DNA of 64,000 bases from Lama guanicoe (Eukaryota). The stretch is from positions 8,019,352 through 8,083,351 of the forward strand of contig MU053934.1 in NCBI GenBank assembly GCA_013239625.1. The letters run 5' to 3'. Below, in pieces: positions 49,550 through 61,200 of the stretch. The notes under the pieces are model-generated. The model ran no database searches, was not told the DNA's origin, and worked only from the letters and a program-made list of their open reading frames with translations. The position numbers and the translations under genes are program-made. Position 1 is the first letter of the stretch. Each line of letters opens with the position of its first letter.

Positions 49550-50646
49550 ATCTATGACATAGAGTCTACTCTCTTGGTTTGGGGTATGTATTGGCCCTTT
49601 CTGTTTTCTTAAACTTTAAATAAGAAGAAATGCCAATAGACCCCCTCCCCAACAATGATGTCCTGCACCCTTTAAGACTCCGTAGTTGGCAGGGAGAGAG
49701 GCAAGACTTGGGTCACTTGTCCCCTCTTAGTTTGGTGACCTTGAGCTGGGCTCAGCCTCCTTCCCTTCTCTGAACAAGGGGCTTGATGGCAGCAGCTCCC
49801 TCACCGACCTCCAGGATGGCTTCAAGAGTTAAACTCGATAATGTGTGAAAAGAGCCTCGTGAGCTGCCAGGTGTCATCTAAGTGTGCAGACATTTGTCAC
49901 CAGGCACACGCATGGAGGAGCACACTGGGCAGAGGCGTGGGGACAGAAGCTGAGGCCGGGCACTGCTTCCACCTGAGCCACCCTCACGCCCCTTTCGGGC
50001 GCTGGGTCTGGCTGTTGCTGTCCTGCCTGTGGACTCCGGTCCCGGGCGGCCTGTGGCTGTCCCTCGCGGCGTCTGGCTTCCTGGCTCCATCTGTGCTGAG
50101 TGACAGCCGCGCAGGGGAGAAGCGTAGATTTCCATGACACTTCAGCCAGGCAGCCGTAAAAGTCCGTCTGCCAGGTAGTAGAAAAGGTCTCGTTTGACAG
50201 GTGCCGGGTAATAAAAGACATGTGCTTCGTGGCTGCAAATTCCCTGCTGCAAAATCTATATAGTTCTTACAAAGCGAGAGAGAGAGGGCCCGGAAGAGCT
50301 GTTCTGCTCAGGCTGTTTATAGGCACTGGTGGGACTAATAACAGAGTGGAGAATGTTCTGCTGGCTAAGCTGTAGCTGCACATAGCCTGTGACTCTGCCC
50401 CTGGGCGTTTGGCCACTGAGGAAGCCGTGTCGGCCCAACCTTGACATGTGCCAGGTCAGTGGTGCCGTGTGTCAGTGAGCATGTGGGCAGGTGATGGGGG
50501 CGAGCTTCGCCACAGCGGGAAGGGGAGAGAGGCAGCTACCCACTTGCCCTTTGGATGGGAGGAGCCGTGTGGATGGTCCGCACTGCACTTTAAATAAACG
50601 ATGCTCAGACTAGGAGCACTTGGCTTATGTTAACATATGGCTTCTC

Positions 50647-51095
50647 TGTTAGGGCTTGAGTTGTGCGCCCCCGAAAGAAGTGTTCAAGTCCTGATCCCTG
50701 GGGACTGTGAATGTGCCCATTTCAGGAAATAGGATCTCTGCAGAAGTGAATGAGACGTACATGAAGATGTCATCTTGGAGTCGGATGGGCCCTAATCCAG
50801 CATGACCAGGGCCCTTAGAAGAGGAGGGGCAGAGAGACACAGGTCCATGTGGGGAGGAGGCCATGTGAGCACAGAGCAGGGACAGGAGGGGTGCAGCCCC
50901 CAGCCAAGGGCTGTTGGCCGCCTCCAGCCACTAGGAAGAGGCAGGAAGGGCCCTCCCCGGGGCCTCCAGGGGGTGCGGCCCTGCCTGCACCTCGATCTCA
51001 GACTTCCAGCCCCCAGACTGGGAGTGAGTGAACGTCTGTTGCGTTGAGCCCCCCAGGCTGTGCTCGCCTGTTGCAGCAGCTCTTGGACACTGATG
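50647..51095 (+). mobile_element. MaLR LTR (MLT1B-like)
   Basis: tgttagggcttgagttgtgcgcccc...gggccctaatccagcatgac...cagccactaggaagaggcaggaagg...ctcagacttccagcccccagac. Confidence 0.8.
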
Positions 51096-51427
51096 CCGTC
51101 TCGGCGGGCCTCTGACTTGCCGGTGGTCAGGTTCTCCAGCCAGTGAGGTTGTGAGTAAAATCTGCTGGTTGCAGGGAGAAGTCAGGTTAAACTGCGGGTG
51201 TTCCATGAAAGCTCCTTTACCCGAGAGGTGGTGAGAATGGGGACAGGCAGTTGGCGCCGGACCTGCTCAGTTGTCGCTGGTAGACCCAGGAGAGATCTCC
51301 GACTCCAGCCTGCTCCCTCAGCTGACTCTGAGAGTGCCGGAGGAGTTCCCGTTCCTGCTGTCACCCCGCTCCTAAATCCACGCCTTAAAAATACTAAGAG
51401 ATTGTGTTATGATCTCTGTTAATCATT

Positions 51428-51651
51428 GAAAAGTCGGCAGTTTTTTCTGGAAAGGTCCAAAGAACAGATCCTGTAGACTTTGTGAGCAATCTGGTTCCTA
51501 TAGAAATGACCCCACTCTGCCCTTGTGGCGTGAAAACCACCAGAGAGGATACACAAGCATGTAGGTGTGGGTGTGCGCCAGTTAAACCTTCTCCACAGAA
51601 GGGGGTGGTGGGCTAGGTTTGGCCCCCTGGCTATACTTTGCCAATCCCTGG
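51428..51651. mobile_element. hAT-Charlie MITE (MER58A-like, degenerate)
   Basis: gtcggcagttttttctggaaaggtcca...tttggccccctggctatactttgccaatccctg. Confidence 0.6.
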
Positions 51652-51919
51652 TTTAAACCAACAATTAAAAAGACCCCCACGTTTGTATGACATGTTCTAC
51701 TTTCTAGAATGTTCTTAGAGCAATGGCCATTTAAAGTATCTGTTACTGCTCCCTGCACCTTTTACAGGGGTCCCCTGAAACGAGTATCAGAACATAATGT
51801 GGTCAGTGTGGATAAACAGTCACCGTTATCTTCCCCATGAGAGGATGGAGGGCCTGGTGCCCAGGAGGTACTTACTGTGTGTCTTGTCCCAAGCTCCCTC
51901 CTTCTTGGGAACCCGGGAG

Positions 51920-52503
51920 TTAAAAAGTATGTCGCGACACAGCTTTGCTAGCAGTGGCCCCAACGTGAAGATAACCCATGTGTCCATGGGCAGAGGAATG
52001 GACAAGTGAAATGTGCTTTATTCATACAAGGGAATACGATTCAGCCTTGAAAAACGAGGGAAATTCTGATGCACGCTCCACCAGGGATGAATCCGGAGGA
52101 CATCACACTGCATAAAATAAGTCAGACACAAAAAGACAGATACTGTGTGATTCCACTCAGGTGAGGTGACGAGAATAGTGAGATTCTAAAGACAGAACGT
52201 AGGATGGTGAGGGCTGGGGGCTGGGGGAGGGGGCGTGGGGAGCCAGTGTTTAATGGGGACAGTTTCAGTTTGGGAAGATGCAGAGTTCTGTGGATGGATG
52301 GATGGTGGTGATGGTTGCACAAAGTCTGGGGGCGGGGGGGGGTGGGGAGCCAGTGTTTAATGGGGACAGTTTCAGTTTGGGAAGATGCAGAGTTCTGTGG
52401 ATGGATGGATGGTGGTGATGGTTGCACAACAGTGCGGATGGACTTCATGCCACTGAGCCGTACACTTAAAGATGGTGAAAATGGAAAATTTTATGTTTAA
52501 AAA
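51920..52503 (+). mobile_element. Old L1 (L1MA/L1MB-like) 3' end containing a 107-bp tandem duplication
   Basis: ggaatacgattcagccttgaaaa...aaaataagtcagacacaaaaagacagatactgtgtgattccact...gtacacttaaagatggtgaaaatgg. Confidence 0.8.
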
Positions 52504-53420
52504 GTGAAAAGATATTGTGGAATATATTGCACTTACAGAAGAGTATGAACAGTGTAAAGAATAATGAATAAACTCCCGTGGTCCTGCGTCTGGGCCTGGG
52601 TGACACTGCCTGCACCCCTCCCCCTTGGGGCTCTTCTCCCAGCAGAGGGGACCCACCGCCCCCTTGAACGTGCCCTTAACATCTGTGCCTTTTCTTGTGT
52701 GGTTACCACCTACGCACACGCTCATCTACGTTTTCAGGCTTTGCCTGACTTTGAACTTCACATGCCTGGAGCCCTGCTGGGCACCCACAGCTCAGCCTAG
52801 CCCCACCAGGCAGCCCCGCCACCCACCTGTGTCACATCCCTCGCTGGGACCACTGTCACTTTGGAAGTCAGGAGAGGATGAGGCTGCGCCTGGGCTGCAC
52901 GTGGGTTTCCTCTGGCTGAGTTTTGATTCGAGGCAGGACAGGTGGCGAAGGGAGCTGACCCTGATGCTGGTGCCCGGCTCCCAGCTCTGCCCGCACGGTT
53001 CCCTCCCTGCTAAATCTGGCCAGGCGATTCACTCTGCCTCTCTCTGCTGTCGCCAGTTTTCCTAAGCAGGTGATGGGACGGCGTCAGCGTGTGGGTGAGG
53101 GTGACTCCGTCAGATGCTCAAGCAGGCAGCTGGGTGGGAGCAGGCGGCGGAGTTCTTGTTGGACGGCCCCTGATGCTGGTGGCCTCTCTCATTTTTTTTG
53201 CTGCTTGTCTCAACCTGGCCAAAATGCTCGGCTTGTAAGCCTGTAGTTCCACTTGTGGGGAAATTAAACACATTTAGGAGCAAATTAAATTAGGGGATTT
53301 GTGATCGTTAGCTAAGCCAATAATTTTTTGAAAAATGTAATGTGCCAGGCAGGCTGCAGCGCATGGCAGTGTCACAGTATTTGTTAGGGTGAAGGATAAT
53401 TTTACAAGCCAGTCAAGGCA

Positions 53421-53490
53421 CCTATAATGGGGTTATTTGGCTCTGAAACGAATGAAGTGACTGCAGAGCAGAAACGGCTGCTAAAAATAA
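53421..53490. promoter_or_regulatory. Candidate intronic enhancer: CArG box plus MEF2 site
   Basis: CCTATAATGG (53421-53430) fits CC(A/T)6GG; CTAAAAATAA (53481-53490) fits YTA(A/T)4TAR; both in apparently non-repeat sequence. Confidence 0.45.
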
Positions 53491-54003
53491 GCTGTGTGCT
53501 TGTAGAGCGTCCAGGGACAAGAGACGAGGCTCGTGCTGGGTCTCAGCCCGGAGCGAGCTGCTCGCTGTGTCCTAGGGGGCATCCAAGGGGGCACTTGTGA
53601 CTGTGGTCCAAGGCCTGAATTTTTCAGCACTTTGTCTGATTCCGGGGTGACCTCAGCCACGCTCAGGACCGGTGGCTAGAACTGGGGTGTTCACTTTCTA
53701 GTTTATAGTGTGTCTGGAGTTCAGCTGGGATCCTGTCTCTGCCCTCACACCTGGGAGTGGGGGGCTGGAGGTGGGGGGACCCTTCCTTGCCTTTTCCTAG
53801 TCCCTGTGGATGTGGTGTCGTGGTGTCTTTGGCTTGTAGACACAGCACTCCAGCCTCTGCTTCTGTTGTCTCTTCTTCCCTCTATGTGTGTCTGTTTCCA
53901 AATTGCCTTTCTCCTATAAGGACACCGGTAGGGCCACCCGAGTCCTGTACGACCCCTTCTTAACTTGGTTACATCTGCAGAGGCCCAATCTCCAAATAAA
54001 GTC

Positions 54004-54150
54004 GGGAGTGGGGAGGGGATAGCTCAGTGATAGAGCACGTGCTTAGCACACACGAGGTCCTGGGTTCAATCCCCAGTACCTCCATTTAAAAAGAAATAAC
54101 AAATAAATCTAAATAAATCTGGTAACCCTCTCTCTGGTCTCCTCCCCAAA
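54004..54150 (+). mobile_element. tRNA-derived SINE (camelid Vic-1-like)
   Basis: ggggaggggatagctcagtgatagagcacgtgcttagcacacacgaggtcctgggttcaatccccagtacctcca plus A-rich tail; A-box tagctcagtga, B-box ggttcaatcc. Confidence 0.88.
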
Positions 54151-54241
54151 GGAAATGTTCTTCAGTGAATTAAGGTGATGATGGCACAGCTTTGTGAGGA
54201 TACTGAAAACCACTGAATTGCATACTTTACAAGAGTGAATT

Positions 54242-54416
54242 GGGGGGTGGTTGTAGCTCAGTGGTGGAGCGTGTGCTTAGCTGGTGCAACTGGGTGCAAT
54301 CCTCAGTACCTCTGTTAAAATAAACAAGCAAATAAATAAATAAATACACCTAATTACCTCTCTACCTCTCCCCCTAAAAAACAAAAAAGAGAAAAAAACA
54401 TAATTAGTTAAAAAAG
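54242..54416 (+). mobile_element. Second tRNA-derived SINE (Vic-1-like)
   Basis: ggggggtggttgtagctcagtggtggagcgtgtgcttagc...ctgggtgcaatcctcagtacctc, (aaat)n, cctaattacctc, A tail. Confidence 0.85.
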
Positions 54417-54524
54417 TAAGATCATATTCACAGGTTCTGGGTGGATGTGAATTTTGGGGGGACAATATTCAACCCATCGTCCTCTGGACGCTGTAAATGT
54501 CTTAAAACCCTATTACTATTTAAA

Positions 54525-54725
54525 AATTTTTTTTAATTGAACTATTGCCAGTTTACAATGTTGTGTTAAATCCTGGTGTGCAGCGCAGTGATCCAGTTAC
54601 ACATAGATATAAATGTTCCTTTTCATAGTCTTTTTTATTATAGGCTGTTACGAGGTGTTGAATGTGGTTCCCTGTGTTCCCTGGGGGGCCTTGCTGTTTG
54701 TCTGCTTTATGCATAGTAGTTAGTG
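54525..54725 (-). mobile_element. Short cetartiodactyl L1 3' end
   Basis: ttttttttaattgaactattgccagtttacaatgttgtgttaaatcctggtgtgcagcgcagtgat. Confidence 0.8.
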
Positions 54726-57354
54726 TATTATTACCATGATTATTACTTTCTTAGAAGAGAGAGTGATGGGATAGACCATAAACACACAGGGGATCATATT
54801 TCACCTTGACTGTGCACACTCCGTGGTTCTTCTGGAAGACTGTTCTTGGTTTTGGAGGAAAAGGGCGCAGGAGGATTGGTCCCTCTCTTTTCCTTCGACA
54901 AAGACTGTGTGAAGCTTGTGTTTGCAAAGTGCCCACAGCTTACAGACCGACAAACCCTTTTAGATGAACTTCTTTCTGCTCTGTGATTTCATTCTGTTAC
55001 ACTTTCTCAGTCGCAAGACAAACAGCAGTTTTTTCTGACGTATCCGCCACTCTCTGCCACCTCGGGACGTTCACTGAGCTGGTAGCGTGACCATTCTTGT
55101 TCCTGGGGGAGGAGAGACGGCGTCGCCGCGGAATGTGGGTGTCGGGTGGAAACCCAGAACCTCACGGACTTGCTGTCGGGGTTGCTGGCTGGAAAGGAGG
55201 TGCCGTCATCCCCTCCTCTGAAAGGTCTCGCTCTGCTTGTTTGACAGGTACGGAGGATGTGTCATCAAACAGATGCAAAGGCTGCTGTCACTTGGTTTTA
55301 AATAGCACTTGTCGCTCTCCTCGTGGTGTGTTGCTCAGCGTGAGGCAGGCGGGTGGGTGGGTCGTTGCAGGTTGCTCTTCCCCCTGCAGTGACACTTTCT
55401 CCACTTGTCGCGGGAGGAGATCTTGCTCATGGACTGAGAAGGGGGAGAGGACGTTCAGAAATGAAAAGTGGCTTCTCACATGAGAATTCCGTGGCTGATT
55501 GTCACGGGGGCATCTTCGGCTGTGATACTTGGGGCGAGGCGAGCTGCTCCCAATAGGAGACTCGTCAGCGTGTGAGGAGGAGAAGCTGGGGCTGAGCCGG
55601 GAGCGAAAGCAACTGGTGGTGAGAAAGGTGGTGGGGGCGGGCGTTTTGGGGTCCGTGTCCCGGTGTTTCGGGTGTGGGTGTGCGGAGGCCAGGGCTTGCT
55701 GGGTGAAGCTGTCGGGTGACAGAGCTGCGGTAGATGTCAGTACCTACGCAGGGTCGGAATCAACTTGGGTTCTTGGGCGCAGGCCAGGGCGATGCAGTTT
55801 GCTCTGTCTCAAGACGAGAAAGTGGAGGGAGCCCTCTGACAAGGCGGCCAGAGTGGGCTGCTGGATTCGGATGCCTCCTTCCTCAACGCCTTCCGCCCTG
55901 AAGTCGCCACAGACCCCGAATTAGCAAATGCTGGAACGCTGCTCGGGGGAAACGCAGAGCAAGGTTTCTGGTCTCTGTGTCACCGTGTTTTATGTGTGCT
56001 TCTGTTCAAAGACACCTTATTAAGTGTATATTGCTGGCTCCTTAACGTGGAACTCCAGGCCACCAGCACTGTGACTCGTGCCTGAATGAAGCGTGTCGGA
56101 CAAGCGTTTCCCCCACGAGGCCTCTCGCTCGCAGCGTTCCCGCATGTGGGAACCCTAGACAGCACCTCACTGTGCCTGGGGCCGTTTAAACAGTGGCTTC
56201 ACCCACAAAAAGCACAAATGTGCAAAACGTGGCCCTCAGTGGCCACTGGGAACCCTAATTTTCTGCTGTTCTGCTGCATGTGTCTGTGAATGCCCTGTAC
56301 ATGTCAGGAGGACTGATTTGGGGGTTCCAGGTCATTTTAGTGAGTTGGCGAATTGGCAGATACAGAGTCCACGATCAGTGAGGATGGACTGTATTTGTTT
56401 GGCAAGTATTTGTGTTTCCTCCAGGCCTGGCCTCCACCTTGCAGTTTGGAGGCAGGCAAGTGCGGATGGTCGGGGTGGAGAGCGCTCCCCGGGGCGTGGC
56501 GGTCCCCAGGGTCAGACCCCTGCCCATGGGCATGTGTGGTGGTCCAGCGCTGTCACAGCTGGCCTCTGGTCTGGTCACTCCTCCGAGGCTGCTCTGTGTG
56601 GGGTCCACGCTCAGAAAGGACAGGGTCTCTGCTCTTGGGGACCTGGCTGTCAGCTGCTCCTGGTCTAGAGGACAGCGCCAGCCCCCTGAGCATGTGGCCA
56701 CACCTTCCTGGTTATGTGGTGACAGTCGGGTCACAGTCATGGTTCTGTGTGAGGGTGTGTCATTCCGGGTGGCCTGGTCTTCCCAGCCCTGGATTCCTTT
56801 TCCCTTCAGCGTGCTTTGTGGAGGGGATAACACGGGACCTGGACCTGGAGGTGACATGAGCTGAGCAGAGAGGGCACAGCAGGCTGACGTTTGTCGAGAG
56901 GCCCTGTGAGTTTCCCCGAGGCCAGGCTTAGGAGCGTCTGGAGCTTTGGATCTAGAGGCCATCAGAGGTTGATGTCCGATGTCCTGACCTGGAAGGGGGG
57001 TTGGCGGGGCTGGGAGGGTCCCTGGCTCTGAGTCGTGTGGCTCTGAAGCATCCGTCAGCTTTGCAGGTTATTCTGTCCATCATTTCCCAGGTTTGACTGA
57101 TTGTACGAACTGACTGGGGCTGCAGGGGAAGAAGGAGGGTGGCATTTCTCGGGCTTTTCCTGGGGTGGCGCTGGGCGAGGCCCTCACAGCCCCTGTGGGC
57201 ATGAACCCGGCCTGCCTCCCGAGAGACATGTCTGAGGCCATCCTGAGACGGCCAGGAAGAATGAAAATGGTGAGACAGCCCAACGTTTATTGAGTGTCTG
57301 CTGTGTACCAGACCGGTGGCTCTGGTGTATCTTCTGGTTCAAAGTCACCTTCCA

Positions 57355-57850
57355 ACCTGGAGATGATCACGTTAGACAGAGAAAGACAGTTACCATATGA
57401 TATCACTTATATGTGGAATCTAAAAAAAAACGACACAGATGAACTTATTTACAGACCAGAAACAGACTCACAGACAGAAAACAAACGTGGTTACCAAAGG
57501 GGGAAGGGACTGAGGGGAGGGATAAATTAGGAGTTTGGGGTTACCAGATACAACTAGTATACATAAGATAAATAAACAGCAAGGACCTACTGTAGAGCAC
57601 AGGGAATTATATTCATTATTATTTTTTATTTTTGATGGGGGCGGTAACTAGGTTTATTTATTATAATGAAAGCTGTATTCAGTATCTTGTCATAAGCTAT
57701 AATGGAAAAGAATCTGGAAAGGAATATGTATGTGTATAACTGAATCACTTTGCTGTACACCTGAAACTAACACAACATTGTAAATCAACTGTACTTCAAT
57801 AAAAAAATAAATAAATGCAACTGAACTGAGGGGGAGAAATAAACAAAAAA
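57355..57850 (+). mobile_element. 5'-truncated cetartiodactyl L1 with TSD
   Basis: agacagagaaagacagttaccatatgatatcacttatatgtggaatctaaaaa...ctgaatcactttgctgtacacctgaaactaacacaacattgtaaatcaact. TSD core caaagtcacc at 57340-57349 and 57851-57860. Confidence 0.9.
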
Positions 57851-57914
57851 CAAAGTCACCATCTAGGTCACCCTCTTTCCTGACACATGTTGTCCTTCAA
57901 CTTAACGCTTTGTT

Positions 57915-58256
57915 TTCTTAGAACTCAGCAGGGCTGGGGTCTCTCCTTGGCTATTTTTTTAAGTTTTTATTCCCCCTCGGACCTTGTGCACGCCAAGCAT
58001 GCGCTTTACCACTGCGCCATATCCCCCATCCCCTCTCCTTGGCTTACGGACAGTGTCCACCATGTCCTCATGTCGTTGTCCCTCTGTGTGTGTCTGTGTC
58101 CTCATCTCCTCTTCTTAAAAGGACACCAGTCTGATGGGTTTAGGGCCCACCCATATCACCTCATTTGCCCTTGGTCATCTCTTTAAAGACCCTCTCTCCA
58201 AATTCAGTCATCTTCTGAGGTCCTGGATTTTGGGGGAACACAGTTCACCCCTAATA
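57915..58256 (-). mobile_element. MaLR LTR (MLT1-type) fragment with a nested truncated Vic-1-like SINE (~57952-58033)
   Basis: tctctccttggct duplicated either side of ggaccttgtgcacgccaagcatgcgctttaccactg; MLT1 motifs cttcttaaaaggacaccagt and ctttaaagaccctctctccaaat. Confidence 0.75.
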
Positions 58257-61200
58257 AGCTCCTACATCAGGTGGCCCAAATCGAGGGACTGTTAGACCAG
58301 GATCAGCTTTGGGACCGCCTTGGCCTTGGGTTCCTCGTAGCTGCTACCTTGGGAACTGGATCTCGACTCTGGATGACCAGTGGTTTGTACCAAGTCAGGG
58401 GACCCCGTCCTGCTGATGCCTTTGCCTGGGCTCAGGTGGGTCCACCAGGCAGCCGTGGGAACAGGCAGGTGGGTCCCACGACTGCTGGCTGCCCCAGAGG
58501 CCCTGCCGGCAGAGGGCCCACTCCGGGTCCATCGCCCCTGTTAGGCTCACGCATTCCCTGCTGGAGCAAACCTGGAAATTGGCCCGTCAGTCAAGCCACG
58601 CCTACAGGGAGCATGCATTTCCCTCGGGATGGGAGGATTGCGAATAACCAGCGTAAATAGGAGTTAGCGACGCTTCTTCCTGGGCACCATATAAATTCAT
58701 TTATCCCTGCGGCAACCCCGTGAGGTCGGTCATTGTCATCAACTCTGTTTTACGGACGAGGGAACCAGACACAGACAGGTGGCCCACCCGGGTCACCCAG
58801 CCAGTAGGTGGCTGGCTCAGCTTTGAGGCGGGACAGTATGTCCAGTGGCCAAATCGAGGAGGAGTTTCAGGCAAAGGTGGGCGTGGTTCTGCTCCCCCCC
58901 CCCACCGTTCTGGCGTCTTCCTTGGTCCCCCACTCCGAGCAGCCAGTGCCACAGGAAGCAAATCTGCCAGTTTGGGCGGCCTCAGCTCCCGCTGTGGCTT
59001 TGTTTCTGCTATTTGATTTCCGTTGTCGTGGAAACGCGTGACAAGTGTCCCTCGTTAGCACTGGTCCTCCTGACACAGTCGGCGTCCAGGAGAGGCGGCG
59101 TGGAGGTTGCGGGCCTGCATTCTGTTCGGAGTTGGGACGATGAACCAGGCCTGTGCCCACTCGCAGACCCTCCTGTCCACCTGCCCCGCAGCCGGGTCTC
59201 CAGGCCCAGGCTGAGATCGAAGGCTGATCGGAGGCCAAAGTCTATTGTTCAGTTTTTCGCTGAGCCAGATAAACACGTCTTAAGTCACACACAGGAATGG
59301 GTCCTCCCTTCCTTCCTTCTTTGTGCCTTGTGGGTTGGTTTCCTGGGGAGCAGTGTGCTGGCCCGTGAAGCCGTTGGTAGCAAAGATATAAATAATACTT
59401 TGTGGTTAGCAGACCCCTATCATGTAAAAACACCCCAATCCTCCCGGCAGCTGGATCCTTTGTGGTCTTCTTCAGAGTCATCCCAAAGGGGCCTTTCCCT
59501 CAAACTGCAAGTCATGGCGTGGTCCCTGCCCATGCCCCTCTGTGACTGTGCTGTGTGTCTCCTCTGTGTCCCCCTACATGCCCACCAGCCTCACGCTCCT
59601 CTGCATTTTGAACGCCTCCTCCGGCTGCACCCTCTTCACCAGTGAGTGCCCCTGTTTCTTTCTTAGCATTTCCAGCAGGTGCTAAACCCGGCCGGCCCTC
59701 ATCCCTTCTCTGCTTTATGGAGGAGGGTCATTTAGACCAGCATGGAACCTGGGCTAGCCGTTTGACTTTCCCCAGGAAGATGCTGAGGACCTGGTATGAG
59801 GACAGTGGGGAAGGGGGCCCTGGTATCCGCCTCCACTCAGACGGACAGGAGCCTGATTTGCGGAACGAAGCACGCTGGGAAGTTTCCATCACTCTAGAGG
59901 GTCGTGTGGGTCTTGGGGCTTAAATAGAAGAATGGTGTTGGGAGCGTTTTCAGGGACAAGCTGCAATTTGGATTTTTTTAGGGGTATCTGATACAATGGA
60001 TTTCTCTTTAAGGATCTTTTGGTTCTGTCTTTCCCTTTTAACTGGCTGTTCTTGGCCAGCAGCTGGCTTTCCTCGTCACCTCTGGGAAGAGATTCTGTCT
60101 GTCTTTTCTTTGGAAGCAGAGTCAGTGGAAGGGGCTTAGCGTTGGGCCGTCTAGGGGTGAGTCCAGCCCTGCCCTTATTAGCACCAGTCTTGGCAGTCGG
60201 CATAGTCACTCTGACGCTCGATTTTCCTGCCCGGGAAGTGGGCACTGTGGTCCAACCGAGGTGTGCTGAGCTCCCTGGGGCCCAGGGACTGTCCCAGTCT
60301 CTTAACGTGCTTTGTCTCTTGCAGTCCTCGTAACAACTTTATTTTACAGCAGAGGAAACCGAAGCACAGAGAGGCGAACTAACCCGCCCGAGGTCACACA
60401 GAAAATGGGAACGGGAGTCAGGATGTTAGTTGGTGCTTTTAGCCTCTGCTTGAGGCTTGAAGGCCATCTTCCTGGGACCTGCTGGGGGACAGAGAGAGAC
60501 GACAGTTGTCCAAACGCTCCTGCGCCTCTGACACCAAGAAAGCTCCCCATAAGTGCTCCTTCCTCTCTCCGATGGAATAAAGAACACACACCTCCCCTGG
60601 GCTCTGCCTGGTATGTCCTTAAAGAAAGGGACATTGGTGCCCGGGTCCGCATGTGACCGAGACAGGAGCCCTGCCCTCAAGGAGATCACAGACTGATTTT
60701 TGCCTTGATTGTTCACGTTCCTTTGAGCAGGTTTTCGTAGGTGTGTGGGTACATTCCGAGAGGACAAACCAGCAGTTGAGGGAGGGCCTTGAGGAAATTG
60801 AATGCAGGCGGGCTCTTAGTTCATTCTCTGAAGTAGCTCGTCAGGGACAGTAGACCTCACTATCCACAGCAGAAAGCGATGGCACCAGGCCGAGGGGCCC
60901 TTCCCGTGTGACGCTGGGAGTGGGCAGGGATGAGAGGGCTTGGTGGCTGATGGAGAGGCAGGTCCTGCCCACCCTTCCGGGGCTGTGCTGGGCTTTGTGC
61001 CTCTTGCTTTTTCTTACTGGGGGGGGTGGATGACTGCGTTCTCTGCCCTCCCCTGGGAGAATCACAGAGTACGTGAGTACAGTCAAGGCTCTGAGAAGTC
61101 CTGCAGAAAAAGACCGCTGTTTAGCTCTGCTTCAGCCGGTATTTCCTCCGCTGCCCGGACCCTGGCGTAATTCATGCAAGACCTAGGCATGTCCACGTCT

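Larger units (their letters stand above)
53640..54480 (-). mobile_element. MaLR LTR (MLT1C-like) interrupted by a SINE composite
   Basis: ccttccttgccttttcctag...tcttaacttggttacatctgcagaggcccaatctccaaataaagtc | atattcacaggttctgggtggatgtgaattttggggggacaatattcaaccca. Confidence 0.75.

Noticed and set aside
54010..54083. tRNA-Ala-like sequence as a tRNA gene
   Set aside because: Degenerate stems, an A-rich tail and several diverged copies in the window (14672-14746, 44490-44563, 54242-54312) indicate a tRNA-derived SINE.
58845..59645. 266-aa ORF in PARVB intron 1 (also the 250-aa ORF at 8799-9551 and the 242-aa ORF at 48144-48872)
   Set aside because: No recognisable domain, composition typical of random GC-rich sequence, and no poly(A) or TSD hallmarks of a retrogene.
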